Part shown: positions 38,976 through 47,345 of the stretch, piece by piece
How the letters are laid out: each line of letters begins with the position of its first letter
How positions within the stretch are numbered: position 1 is the first letter of the stretch
The notes under the pieces: model-generated
The model's input: the letters and a program-made list of their open reading frames with translations, nothing else
What the model was told of the DNA's origin: nothing
Database searches by the model: none
Assembly (NCBI GenBank): GCA_963664875.1
Contig: OY761611.1
Span: 3,712,001-3,776,000, forward strand
Length of the DNA: 64,000 nt
Origin: Candidatus Kapaibacterium sp.
GTDB taxonomy: Bacteria; Bacteroidota; Ignavibacteria; Kapaibacteriales; UBA2268
Direction of reading: 5' to 3'
Translations under genes and position numbers: made by a program

Positions 38976-39701
38976 TTAGTCTTTCTTTTTTGGGGATGAT
39001 TTTGCTTTGTTGTGATGTCCCCAAACAGAAACGCTAAACACAGGTTGTTCTTCACTGTCTGTTTTCAATCTCAAAGTGCTGGTAAGCCTATCCTCGTTGC
39101 CTGGCGTATAAGTAGCTTCTATATTTATTTTGCCTTTAGGAGGAATTACAGTACCTTTTGTAACATTCACCTGAAGGTTTTCTACTTCTTTTGAGAAAGA
39201 TACATCAGTGATTTTGATAGGTTTGTCTGTCGTATTAGAAACAGTAGTATGTGTAACTGCTAACTGATTAAGTTCCAAATTTCTGAAATTCAAAAATTTC
39301 GGATTAGCAATCAAAGGTTGTTTAACAAAACATTTAAGATAATATCTCGCATTTTCGTTTTTAGGGTCGTTAGTAGCAATTTTTATAGTTTTTGTTACAC
39401 TTCCCTGATAAGTTTTCATATTGAGTTGAACACTCATTTCGGATGTTTCGCCCGGTTTTAGTGTGTCTTTGCTGATAGGAGCAATTGTGCAACCGCAGGT
39501 AGGCTTGACTTCTTTGATAATCAGCACTTGGTTGCCTGCATTTTTGAGCAGAACTTTTGCTTTCAGAGGACTGTCCTTAGGAGTAACTTCTCCCCAGTCA
39601 TAAGTATCTCCCCCGACAAATTCTAATTTTGGCTGAGCAAATGCAGCTATAGCAGCACAAAACAGCAGAACAACACTCCAAGTAAAAAGACCTTTCATCA
39701 T
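38976..39701 (-). CDS. Secreted DUF1573-domain protein
   Basis: Signal peptide; YDWG, N.G...L.I..V.PTCGCT, LKPGE, K.I.I.TNDP. Confidence 0.8.
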   Translation of the reverse strand: MMKGLFTWSVVLLFCAAIAAFAQPKLEFVGGDTYDWGEVTPKDSPLKAKVLLKNAGNQVLIIKEVKPTCGCTIAPISKDTLKPGETSEMSVQLNMKTYQGSVTKTIKIATNDPKNENARYYLKCFVKQPLIANPKFLNFRNLELNQLAVTHTTVSNTTDKPIKITDVSFSKEVENLQVNVTKGTVIPPKGKINIEATYTPGNEDRLTSTLRLKTDSEEQPVFSVSVWGHHNKAKSSPKKKD

Positions 39702-39879
39702 ATTTCCCCGAATAATTATACTTATTATTTATACAAAAGTATTAAAAATCTTCACAAATCAAAAATATTAATCTCGCCTAAAAAATTCTTAAACTACTTA
39801 TCCGTAATATAGTATATACAATATACAATATAGATATACTGAAAATCAATAAAAAAGTTTCAATAAAAATTGGTGTAAT

Positions 39880-41037
39880 ATGAGTATAATCGAATTTAAC
39901 GAGATGCAACTGCAAATAAAAGAAATGGCAGGAAAATTTGCCAAAGAATATATAGCTCCTACTGCAATCGAAAGAGACATAAAATCAGAATTCCCCTATG
40001 AGATAATGAAAAAAATGGGAGAGCTCGGCTTTATGGGGATGATGGTGTCGCCTGAGTGGGGTGGAAGCGGTATGGACTACATTAGCTATACTTTGGCTAT
40101 GGAAGAGTTTTCTAAAGCTGATGCCTCTATCGGGATTATTACTTCAGTGCAAAACTCTTTGGTATGTTGGATAATAGAAAAATACGGGACTGAAAGCCAA
40201 AAAGAAAAATATCTCAGACCACTTGCAGAAGGCAGGCATCTTGGATCTTACTGTCTTAGTGAGCCCAATGCCGGCTCTGATGCTCGAGGATTGGAAACCG
40301 GAGCCAAATTAGAGGGCGAGCATTGGATTCTAAACGGAAGTAAAATATGGGTATCAAGCGGCCAGAACGCAGATACATATATTGTATTTGCTCAGACTGA
40401 TGCCGAGCTAAAACACAAAGGCATAGCTGCATTTATCATCGAAAAAGGTACTGAAGGTTTTGTAATCGGCAAAAAAGAAGACAAAATGGGTATGCGTTCC
40501 AGTGATACTGTCGCAATTAGTTTAATGGATGTCCGTATCCCGAAAGAAAACATCATCGGAAATGTAGGCGATGGCTTTTATATTGCAATGAAGGGTTTGA
40601 ACGGAGGAAGGATAGGTATAGCGTCCCAAGCATTAGGTATTGCTCAGGGAGCATACGAAGCAGCAGCAAAATATGCCTGCGAAAGAAAGACAATGGGAGT
40701 TGCTATTATAGAGCATCAGCTTATCCAGCAGAAACTTGCTCAGATGTCAATGAAAATTGATGCCGCAAGACTTATGGTACACAAAGCAGCATATTTGATG
40801 GACAAAGGTGAAACACCTATAAAAGAGGCTTCAGAAGCTAAATTGTTTGCTTCTACAACTGCTGTCGAAGTTACCCGAGAAGCAATACAGATACATGGTG
40901 GATATGGGTACACTCGCGATTATCACGTAGAAAGAATGCATAGAGACGCCAAAGTTACTGAGATATACGAAGGAACTTCAGAAATACAGCATATTGTCAT
41001 TGCAAGAGAAATTATGAAGGAATATGGTTATAAATAA
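39880..41037 (+). CDS. Acyl-CoA dehydrogenase (short/branched-chain type)
   Basis: CLSEPNAGSD, LNGSKIWVS, KMGMRSS, GRIGIASQALG, QIHGGYGY, EIYEGTSEIQ. Confidence 0.95.
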   Translation: MSIIEFNEMQLQIKEMAGKFAKEYIAPTAIERDIKSEFPYEIMKKMGELGFMGMMVSPEWGGSGMDYISYTLAMEEFSKADASIGIITSVQNSLVCWIIEKYGTESQKEKYLRPLAEGRHLGSYCLSEPNAGSDARGLETGAKLEGEHWILNGSKIWVSSGQNADTYIVFAQTDAELKHKGIAAFIIEKGTEGFVIGKKEDKMGMRSSDTVAISLMDVRIPKENIIGNVGDGFYIAMKGLNGGRIGIASQALGIAQGAYEAAAKYACERKTMGVAIIEHQLIQQKLAQMSMKIDAARLMVHKAAYLMDKGETPIKEASEAKLFASTTAVEVTREAIQIHGGYGYTRDYHVERMHRDAKVTEIYEGTSEIQHIVIAREIMKEYGYK

Positions 41038-41066
41038 ACATTCTCAAAATAATTAATACCACTTAG

Positions 41067-41097
41067 AAGTCGCATATAAGTATATGCGGCTTTTTTT
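41067..41097 (+). terminator. Intrinsic terminator
   Basis: AAGTCGCATAT-aagt-ATATGCGGCTT plus T7. Confidence 0.75.
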
Positions 41098-41204
41098 ATT
41101 TGTCTAATTGTCTGAGATATGCTTTTACTATTAAGGATTCGTTAAAAGACTTTTTACTTCTTAATTGGATTTTTGTATTTTTGTCGTATCCACTAAAATT
41201 CAGA

Positions 41205-43184
41205 ATGCTTATGAAATTGTTTTTTACTGCTTTATTTTTTATTCTACTTAACTCTTCAGCCTTTGCATCCGATAGTTTACGGATTAGCGAAAAGCTTACC
41301 CGTGAAAATCTGATGGAGAATGTTTATCTTGCAGAATCTGTCTTGGAAACAGATCCAAAGCTTGGGAATAAACTGTCCAAAGATTTCTATGTAACAGCAC
41401 ATAAGTCATGTGATTCTCTTATAATTACTTATGCTCATTACATAATGGCACGAGCAGAATCATACTTTGGCAACTATCAGTTAGCTCTCTATAATTCCAA
41501 ACTTTCCCTAAAAATAATGGAATTTGAACGCTCTGAAATTGAGAAGTTCGATGTTGTAAATGTTCATTGTTCGATACTTACTGAAATGAGCGAATTTGAC
41601 GAGGCACTGCGAGTGATGCAGGAGCTCATCCTGCCAATGATTAAAGATTCTGAAACGATAAATATGCGATATAACTCAGCTATGGGTTCTATCTATGCAC
41701 TTAAGAAAGATTATGAGAAAGCACTGCCTTATTACTGGTATTCGCTTGCTGATGCTTTAGAGAAAAAAAATAAAATATTTATAGCTTTTATTTGTAACAA
41801 TGTAGCATCTGCTTATGTTCATTTGAATAAACAGGATTCTGCTGATTATTACATAGATCTGGCAGAAAAGAATTTAAAAGAATCTGACCAATTTATTATC
41901 GTCTCCTATTTGAATTTCACAAAAGCTGAGTATCATTATGCGTTTGGTGATTTTGAAAAGGGAGTCAATGAGATTGATAAATGTATAGAGATACAAAAAG
42001 ATATCAATGATATGTTAACTGCAGATGCCTATGAACTTAAAAGCAAATTGCTTGATTCTCTGGGAAGGCATCACGAAGCTTTCCATGCTATGGAGTTATA
42101 TGCTGCCACTTATAAAAAATACCATACCTCGGAGTCTTCTATCAGGGAGAGAAAAAATCAGCTGTTTTTCGAGCTTAATAAAACCCGAACTGATATTGAT
42201 ATTTTGCACAAACAGCTTGACTTTCAAAGAACTACGTTTTACATTATTTCTGTCTTGGGCATTGTTGTCTCTATCGCTTTGACAATTTCTTTATTAAGAA
42301 ACAGACGCAGAACCACAAGAATTGACGAATATACAGAGATTATGAAAGTACAGCAGCTCGAACTCAAAAATATAAACAAAGAAATGGAAGAGTCGAGAGA
42401 GAAGATAATATTTGATGCAAATAAACTTATGCATCTTAACCAAAAGCTGATAGACTCGGAAGAAGAGCTCAAGCAGCTGAATGTGACAAAAGATAAATTC
42501 TTTTCTATCATTGCTCATGACCTAAAGAATCCATTTGCATCAATGAAAAATCTCTCCGATTTGCTGCATGATAACTATTCGATGCTCGACGAAGAGGATA
42601 GGGTAGAGATAATTGCCTCTATGAAACTGACATCGCAACGTATTTTTGAATTGCTCGAAAACCTACTTACATGGTCTCGCTCTCAAAGAGGAATAATTAA
42701 TTTCAATCCTGATATAGTAACTCCTTTGTTTATTGTGCAGAATAATTTTGATTTGCTCGCAGAAAATGCAGCCAATAAAGATATTGCTCTAATCAATGAA
42801 ATCCCTGATAATATGGAAATCGTTGCTGATTCGAATTTGCTAAGCACTATCATTCGCAATTTGACATCGAACGCTATCAAATTTACTCCTGCCGGAGGAA
42901 ATATTACAGTGGGAGCAACAGATGCCGGAGACTATACAGAGTTTTACGTAAAAGACACCGGAGTCGGAATAAGCGAAGCTGATATTCAAAAATTATTTAG
43001 GATAGATATTTCGCATACTACGATAGGAACCGGAGCCGAAAAGGGAACAGGCTTGGGCTTGATTTTATGTAAAGAGTTTGTAGAAAAGCATGATGGAAGA
43101 ATTTGGGTAGAGAGCGAAATAAGCAAAGGCACAACTTTTAAGTTCACACTTAAAAAAATGTCTTTAGAAAATTTTGAGAGTTAA
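41205..43184 (+). CDS. TPR-containing membrane sensor histidine kinase (no adjacent response regulator)
   Basis: Signal peptide, TPR helices, TM, H-box FFSIIAHDLKNP, N-box NLTSNAIKFT, DTGVG, GTGLGL. Confidence 0.92.
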   Translation: MLMKLFFTALFFILLNSSAFASDSLRISEKLTRENLMENVYLAESVLETDPKLGNKLSKDFYVTAHKSCDSLIITYAHYIMARAESYFGNYQLALYNSKLSLKIMEFERSEIEKFDVVNVHCSILTEMSEFDEALRVMQELILPMIKDSETINMRYNSAMGSIYALKKDYEKALPYYWYSLADALEKKNKIFIAFICNNVASAYVHLNKQDSADYYIDLAEKNLKESDQFIIVSYLNFTKAEYHYAFGDFEKGVNEIDKCIEIQKDINDMLTADAYELKSKLLDSLGRHHEAFHAMELYAATYKKYHTSESSIRERKNQLFFELNKTRTDIDILHKQLDFQRTTFYIISVLGIVVSIALTISLLRNRRRTTRIDEYTEIMKVQQLELKNINKEMEESREKIIFDANKLMHLNQKLIDSEEELKQLNVTKDKFFSIIAHDLKNPFASMKNLSDLLHDNYSMLDEEDRVEIIASMKLTSQRIFELLENLLTWSRSQRGIINFNPDIVTPLFIVQNNFDLLAENAANKDIALINEIPDNMEIVADSNLLSTIIRNLTSNAIKFTPAGGNITVGATDAGDYTEFYVKDTGVGISEADIQKLFRIDISHTTIGTGAEKGTGLGLILCKEFVEKHDGRIWVESEISKGTTFKFTLKKMSLENFES

Positions 43185-43187
43185 TAT

Positions 43188-43224
43188 TTTTGCTTGCACG
43201 CAATCTAAAATTGTCATATATTTG
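43188..43224 (+). promoter_or_regulatory. Bacteroidota-type housekeeping promoter of the tRNA array
   Basis: TATATTTG (TAnnTTTG -7 box) at 43217-43224 with TTTG upstream. Confidence 0.6.
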
Positions 43225-43244
43225 CACTCTCTTTGATTGAGTAA

Positions 43245-43319
43245 GGGCGAGTAGCTCAGTTGGTCTAGAGCACCTGCCTTACAAGCAGGGGGTCGGGAGT
43301 TCGACTCTCTCCTCGCCCA
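43245..43319 (+). tRNA. tRNA-Val(TAC), copy 1
   Basis: Cloverleaf: acceptor GGGCGAG/CTCGCCC, anticodon arm CCTGC-CTTACAA-GCAGG, TTCGA loop; CCA not encoded. Confidence 0.97.
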
Positions 43320-43392
43320 CAAAACTTACTCAAAAAAAAGAGATAACTTTTGTTCTCTGAAATATCATATCGAAACATAAAAGAACGCATAG

Positions 43393-43467
43393 GGGCGAGT
43401 AGCTCAGTTGGTCTAGAGCACCTGCCTTACAAGCAGGGGGTCGGGAGTTCGACTCTCTCCTCGCCCA
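43393..43467 (+). tRNA. tRNA-Val(TAC), copy 2
   Basis: Identical to copy 1. Confidence 0.97.
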
Positions 43468-43558
43468 CAAAATATAAGCTTATTGCTTATAATCTTCTTT
43501 CAATTAGAAGAAATATTGTTCTTTATGATAAGATATGAAACTTTGATGTAAGCAAAAG

Positions 43559-43633
43559 GGGCGAGTAGCTCAGTTGGTCTAGAGCACCTGCCTTACAAGC
43601 AGGGGGTCGGGAGTTCGACTCTCTCCTCGCCCA
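43559..43633 (+). tRNA. tRNA-Val(TAC), copy 3
   Basis: Identical to copy 1. Confidence 0.97.
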
Positions 43634-43637
43634 CAAT

Positions 43638-43681
43638 AAAAAACCTGTATCTGAATATTTAAATCGGATACAGGTTTTTTT
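43638..43681 (+). terminator. Intrinsic terminator of the tRNA array
   Basis: AAAAAACCTGTATC...GATACAGGTTTTTTT. Confidence 0.8.
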
Positions 43682-43700
43682 ATTTGTGGAATTAACCGAG

Positions 43701-44079
43701 ATCCCTAATACAAACTTGCGTTTGTGGCAAAAAGGAGCTAACTGTTTGTCTATTTTATTCTTTATAAATATCATTTAGTCGAAAAAAATATATATGATAG
43801 CATAGTAAATAGTCCGTGTATTGCCTATATATTGCATCAGCACTCCATAATATAGACATTTGTTTTCAGTAATTCCTTAATTGGATGTGCTTCTTACGCT
43901 TAAACACTAGATTTGGAGAGGAGACAAAGCGTTCTTTTTTCTTTTTCTTTGGTTTCCGTTTCTTTTTCTTTTTTATCGCAAAAAAAAGAAAAAGAAATGG
44001 AAAAAGTAGCACCAATCTCTTATTTATATCACCTATAAAGGAAAGTCTAGCCGCCCTTACAGGGCTCTGTTTACTCAAT
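43701..44079 (+). repeat. Long intergenic repeat, copy C (partial, ~380 bp, same orientation as A)
   Basis: ATCCCTAATACAAACTTGCGTTTGTGGC...GCCCTTACAGGGCTCTGTTTACTCAAT matches 30918..31293. Confidence 0.92.
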
Positions 44080-44254
44080 CCTTTTACATTGAAAATCCCA
44101 AAATATTTATTCCTTCTTCGCAAATACATGGCTTTGCACATATTCAGCTTTCCAATTAGAAATGGATTTAAGAGTAGAAGTGGGGCAGATGCAAAAAAAA
44201 GAGCACGAACCCTTTTTGGAGCCCGCACCCTTTTTTGTGTTATTGGAGGGTTTC

Positions 44255-47242
44255 TTATTTAATAATAAGAAGTTGTTTTGTAACGTTCAAGCCGTTAACA
44301 GAATATTTCAAGAAGTAAACACCATTAGCAAGTTTGCTACCATCGAAGTCGATTGAGTAAACACCTGCGTTATGGAATTGATTTACCAAATTAGCAATTT
44401 TATTACCTGTTGCATCATATACAGTCAAATTAACATCAGAAGCATTTTCTACATTATATTTGATTGTAGTGTTAGAAGCAAATGGGTTAGGATAGTTAGC
44501 AAGTAATTCTAAACCACTTGCAACATCTTCCTGTACAGAAACAATATTATCTACATAACCTGCAGTGTGCAACAAAGTCCAATCTGCAACCCAAAGGTCA
44601 TCAGAAGAAGGACCAAAAGCACCGATGAAGTTTGTTTGAGTAAAGAAATTGTCGCCTACAGTAGCAACTTCTTTAGTTAAAGCAGGAGAGCCCGGAGCAG
44701 GTTTAGGATCTAATTTAGTACCACCTTGTTCTGCACCATCTCTACCGATTTGACCAAGCATAGGGTTTTCAATCCAGTTTTTGTTTTCAGCATTACCAAA
44801 GTATTCTCTAACAAAAGCCTGACCGTCGCCCGGAGCCATATTGTCTAATGAGTTACCACCTTTGAAACCGTACCAGATGTTGTTATTGAAAACAAGGTCT
44901 TTAGCTTCTAAGCGAGCTCTTGAGTCTTCACCTGATGCCAAATCTTCAATTTCGATACCTTTACCACCAAAGTCAGTAAAGATTGAGTTTTTATAAGTAC
45001 CGCCTGCGTTATCTCTAACGTGTAAGCCCATAGATTTATCATTAGTAGAAGCAGTGCCACTACCGATGTAAGTTGCATTGTAAATTACAGGTTTAGCATA
45101 CGGCATAGCATCTTCAGGTTTAGTTGCACCATCATGCTCGCCTGCACAGTTACCTGCATCTTCAGCTTGGATAGAGAACCAGAACTGACCTTTGCCATTG
45201 AAACCTTCATCATAGTCAAAAGAGTCATCACCATTGAAGGCAGAAACCAAATATTTAGTATTTACTGTACCGCCAAAGAATTCAAAGCCATCATCAGCAT
45301 TTCTGAAAACTTCAACGTGTTCGATAGTAGTACCTGCACCAACTGCACCAAGAGAAAGACCATTGATTTCATTGTTCGCACCGATGTCTGTGCCACCATG
45401 GCGAAGAGATACGTATCTGATAATACCTGAATTGTCGTTCAAATCAGGAGTTTCACCACCACCGTAAGCGCCGCGAGGTTCACTTGAAGGAATACCTTCG
45501 ATATTGCCTACGCCACCGGGAGTGTTAATTTGAGATTTACCAAGAACCAAAAGTCCACCCCATAGACCGCTTGCATCTAAAGGCATATCGTCTAAAACTG
45601 CAGGGTCGTCATATTCTGAAGTAAAGATAATAGGAGCATCTGCTGTTCCAAGTGCATTGATTTTTGCACCGCGGCAAATGATAAGAGCAGAAGCCTGTTC
45701 ACCTGCACCAGGCATACCTTTGATTACTGTACCTGCTTCGATGTTAAGAGTAGCACCTTCTTCTACAAAAATGAAACCATTTAAGTGGTAAGTGTTATTT
45801 GATGACCAATTTACAGTTTCACCTGCTTTGATGTCTGAGTCAAAAACCTGAATATCAGTACCGGTAGAGCCACCATCAGAAAGGAAACCTGCAGCGTCTA
45901 ACATTGTCCAGCCTTTAAGCCAGAAGTTTGTTTGACCAAAAGCTCCAATATAGTCTGTCTGAGTGAACCATTCATCATCTACCGGATAGTCTGCTGCAGT
46001 TTTAGTAAGAGCAGGAGAGCCTGTTTGCGGACGAGGATCTAATTTAGCATCATTAGAGCGAGTTACTCCACGAAGCATAGGACTTTCGATCCAGTTGTTG
46101 TTTGAAGCGTCAGCTAAATAGTTTCTTACAAAAGCCTGACCTTCACCCGGAGCGATGTTATCTAAAGAGTTACCACCCGCGAATCCATACCATAAGTTGT
46201 TATTTAAAACTACGTCACCGGCTTCAAGACGAGCTCTTGAGTCTTCACCGGATTCTAAGTCTTCTATTTCGATACCTTTACCACCAAAATCAGTAAATAT
46301 TGAATTTTTGTAAGTGCCGCCTGAGTTATCTCTAATATGTAATCCCATAGATTTATCATATCCTGAGTTAGCTCCGCTACCAATATAAGTTGCATTATAA
46401 ATTACAGGTTTTGCATACGGCATAGCGTCTTCGGGTTTTGTAGCACCATCATGTTCGCCACCACAATTACCTGCATCTTCAGCCTGAATAGAGAACCAGA
46501 ACTGACCTTTACCATTAAAACCTTCATCATAGTCAAAAGAGTCATCTCCATTGAAAGCGGAGATAAGATATTTTGTATTTACTGTGCCGCCGAAGAATTC
46601 GAAACCGTCGTCAGCATTTCTAAAAACTTCTACGTATTCTATAGTTGTTCCTGCACCAACAGCACCAAGAGAAAGTCCATTGATTTCGTTATTTGCACCA
46701 ATGTCTGTGCCACCATGGCGAATTGAAACATATCTTATTACACCTGAATTGTCATTCAAATCCGGAGTTTCACCACCGCCATAAGTGCCACGTGGTTCGC
46801 TTGAAGGAATACCTTCGATGTTACCGACACCACCCGGAGTATTTATTTGTGATTTGCCAAGTACCAGCAAACCGCCCCAAAGGCCGCTTGCGTCTAAAGG
46901 CATATCGTTTGGATCATTTGGGTTATCAACCAAAGCTGTGAAAATAATTGGCTTATCAGCAGTTCCGTTAGCAAAAATTTTAGCACCGCGAGTAATAATC
47001 AATGCAGAAGCATCTTCGCCTGCACCCGGTTTTCCTTTGATAATAGTTCCGGGTTCGATAGTAAGGACTGCTCCTTCTTCAACAAACACAAAGCCGTCAA
47101 GGACATAAGTATTATTAGCAGTCCATGTAACTTGGTCGTTAGCATTTATTGACTCGTCAGTTACATTAATAACTTCGGCTTTACCGAAATAAATAAATGT
47201 CATAAATGCGAAAAGTGCGGCAAACATTTTGAAATTCATCAA
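44255..47242 (-). CDS. T9SS-secreted surface protein with two tandem ~430-aa beta-helix-like domains
   Basis: Signal peptide; duplicated W...NTY.L.GF.FVEEGA.L.IE.GT.IKG...GLWGGL...IEG...DNSG.IRYV...EINGLSLGAVG...DDGFEFFGG; CTD NYPNPF...GVYF. Confidence 0.9.
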   Translation of the reverse strand: MMNFKMFAALFAFMTFIYFGKAEVINVTDESINANDQVTWTANNTYVLDGFVFVEEGAVLTIEPGTIIKGKPGAGEDASALIITRGAKIFANGTADKPIIFTALVDNPNDPNDMPLDASGLWGGLLVLGKSQINTPGGVGNIEGIPSSEPRGTYGGGETPDLNDNSGVIRYVSIRHGGTDIGANNEINGLSLGAVGAGTTIEYVEVFRNADDGFEFFGGTVNTKYLISAFNGDDSFDYDEGFNGKGQFWFSIQAEDAGNCGGEHDGATKPEDAMPYAKPVIYNATYIGSGANSGYDKSMGLHIRDNSGGTYKNSIFTDFGGKGIEIEDLESGEDSRARLEAGDVVLNNNLWYGFAGGNSLDNIAPGEGQAFVRNYLADASNNNWIESPMLRGVTRSNDAKLDPRPQTGSPALTKTAADYPVDDEWFTQTDYIGAFGQTNFWLKGWTMLDAAGFLSDGGSTGTDIQVFDSDIKAGETVNWSSNNTYHLNGFIFVEEGATLNIEAGTVIKGMPGAGEQASALIICRGAKINALGTADAPIIFTSEYDDPAVLDDMPLDASGLWGGLLVLGKSQINTPGGVGNIEGIPSSEPRGAYGGGETPDLNDNSGIIRYVSLRHGGTDIGANNEINGLSLGAVGAGTTIEHVEVFRNADDGFEFFGGTVNTKYLVSAFNGDDSFDYDEGFNGKGQFWFSIQAEDAGNCAGEHDGATKPEDAMPYAKPVIYNATYIGSGTASTNDKSMGLHVRDNAGGTYKNSIFTDFGGKGIEIEDLASGEDSRARLEAKDLVFNNNIWYGFKGGNSLDNMAPGDGQAFVREYFGNAENKNWIENPMLGQIGRDGAEQGGTKLDPKPAPGSPALTKEVATVGDNFFTQTNFIGAFGPSSDDLWVADWTLLHTAGYVDNIVSVQEDVASGLELLANYPNPFASNTTIKYNVENASDVNLTVYDATGNKIANLVNQFHNAGVYSIDFDGSKLANGVYFLKYSVNGLNVTKQLLIIK

Positions 47243-47302
47243 AATACTCCTTAATTTATAAGTAGGGTTAAACAGTTATTTCTTTGGTTTACAAAGTTTT
47301 AT

Positions 47303-47338
47303 AAAGCAAGGGGCAAAGGGTGAGCCCCTTGCTTTTTT
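47303..47338. terminator. Intergenic stem-loop (terminator or mRNA-stability hairpin)
   Basis: AAAGCAAGGGGC...GCCCCTTGCTTT between two co-oriented genes. Confidence 0.55.
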
Positions 47339-47345
47339 AGTAATT

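Noticed and set aside
41205-43184. Orphan histidine kinase as a novel system
   Set aside because: Stand-alone TPR sensor kinases are common in this group; nothing links it to neighbours
43245-43633. CRISPR-like array (identical repeats with unique spacers)
   Set aside because: Repeats are 75-bp canonical tRNA-Val cloverleaves; lengths do not fit CRISPR and no cas genes are present
43350-43774. ORFs 43350-43538 (+) and 43523-43774 (-)
   Set aside because: They overlap tRNA genes and the terminator; spurious translations
43866-44262. 120-aa and 125-aa ORFs over repeat copy C
   Set aside because: Low-complexity F/K translations of the repeat; the extended N-terminus is not shared with the other copies
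45134-46784. Pairs of similar + strand ORFs suggesting a repeated small gene
   Set aside because: They are antisense shadows of the internal duplication in the 44255-47242 gene
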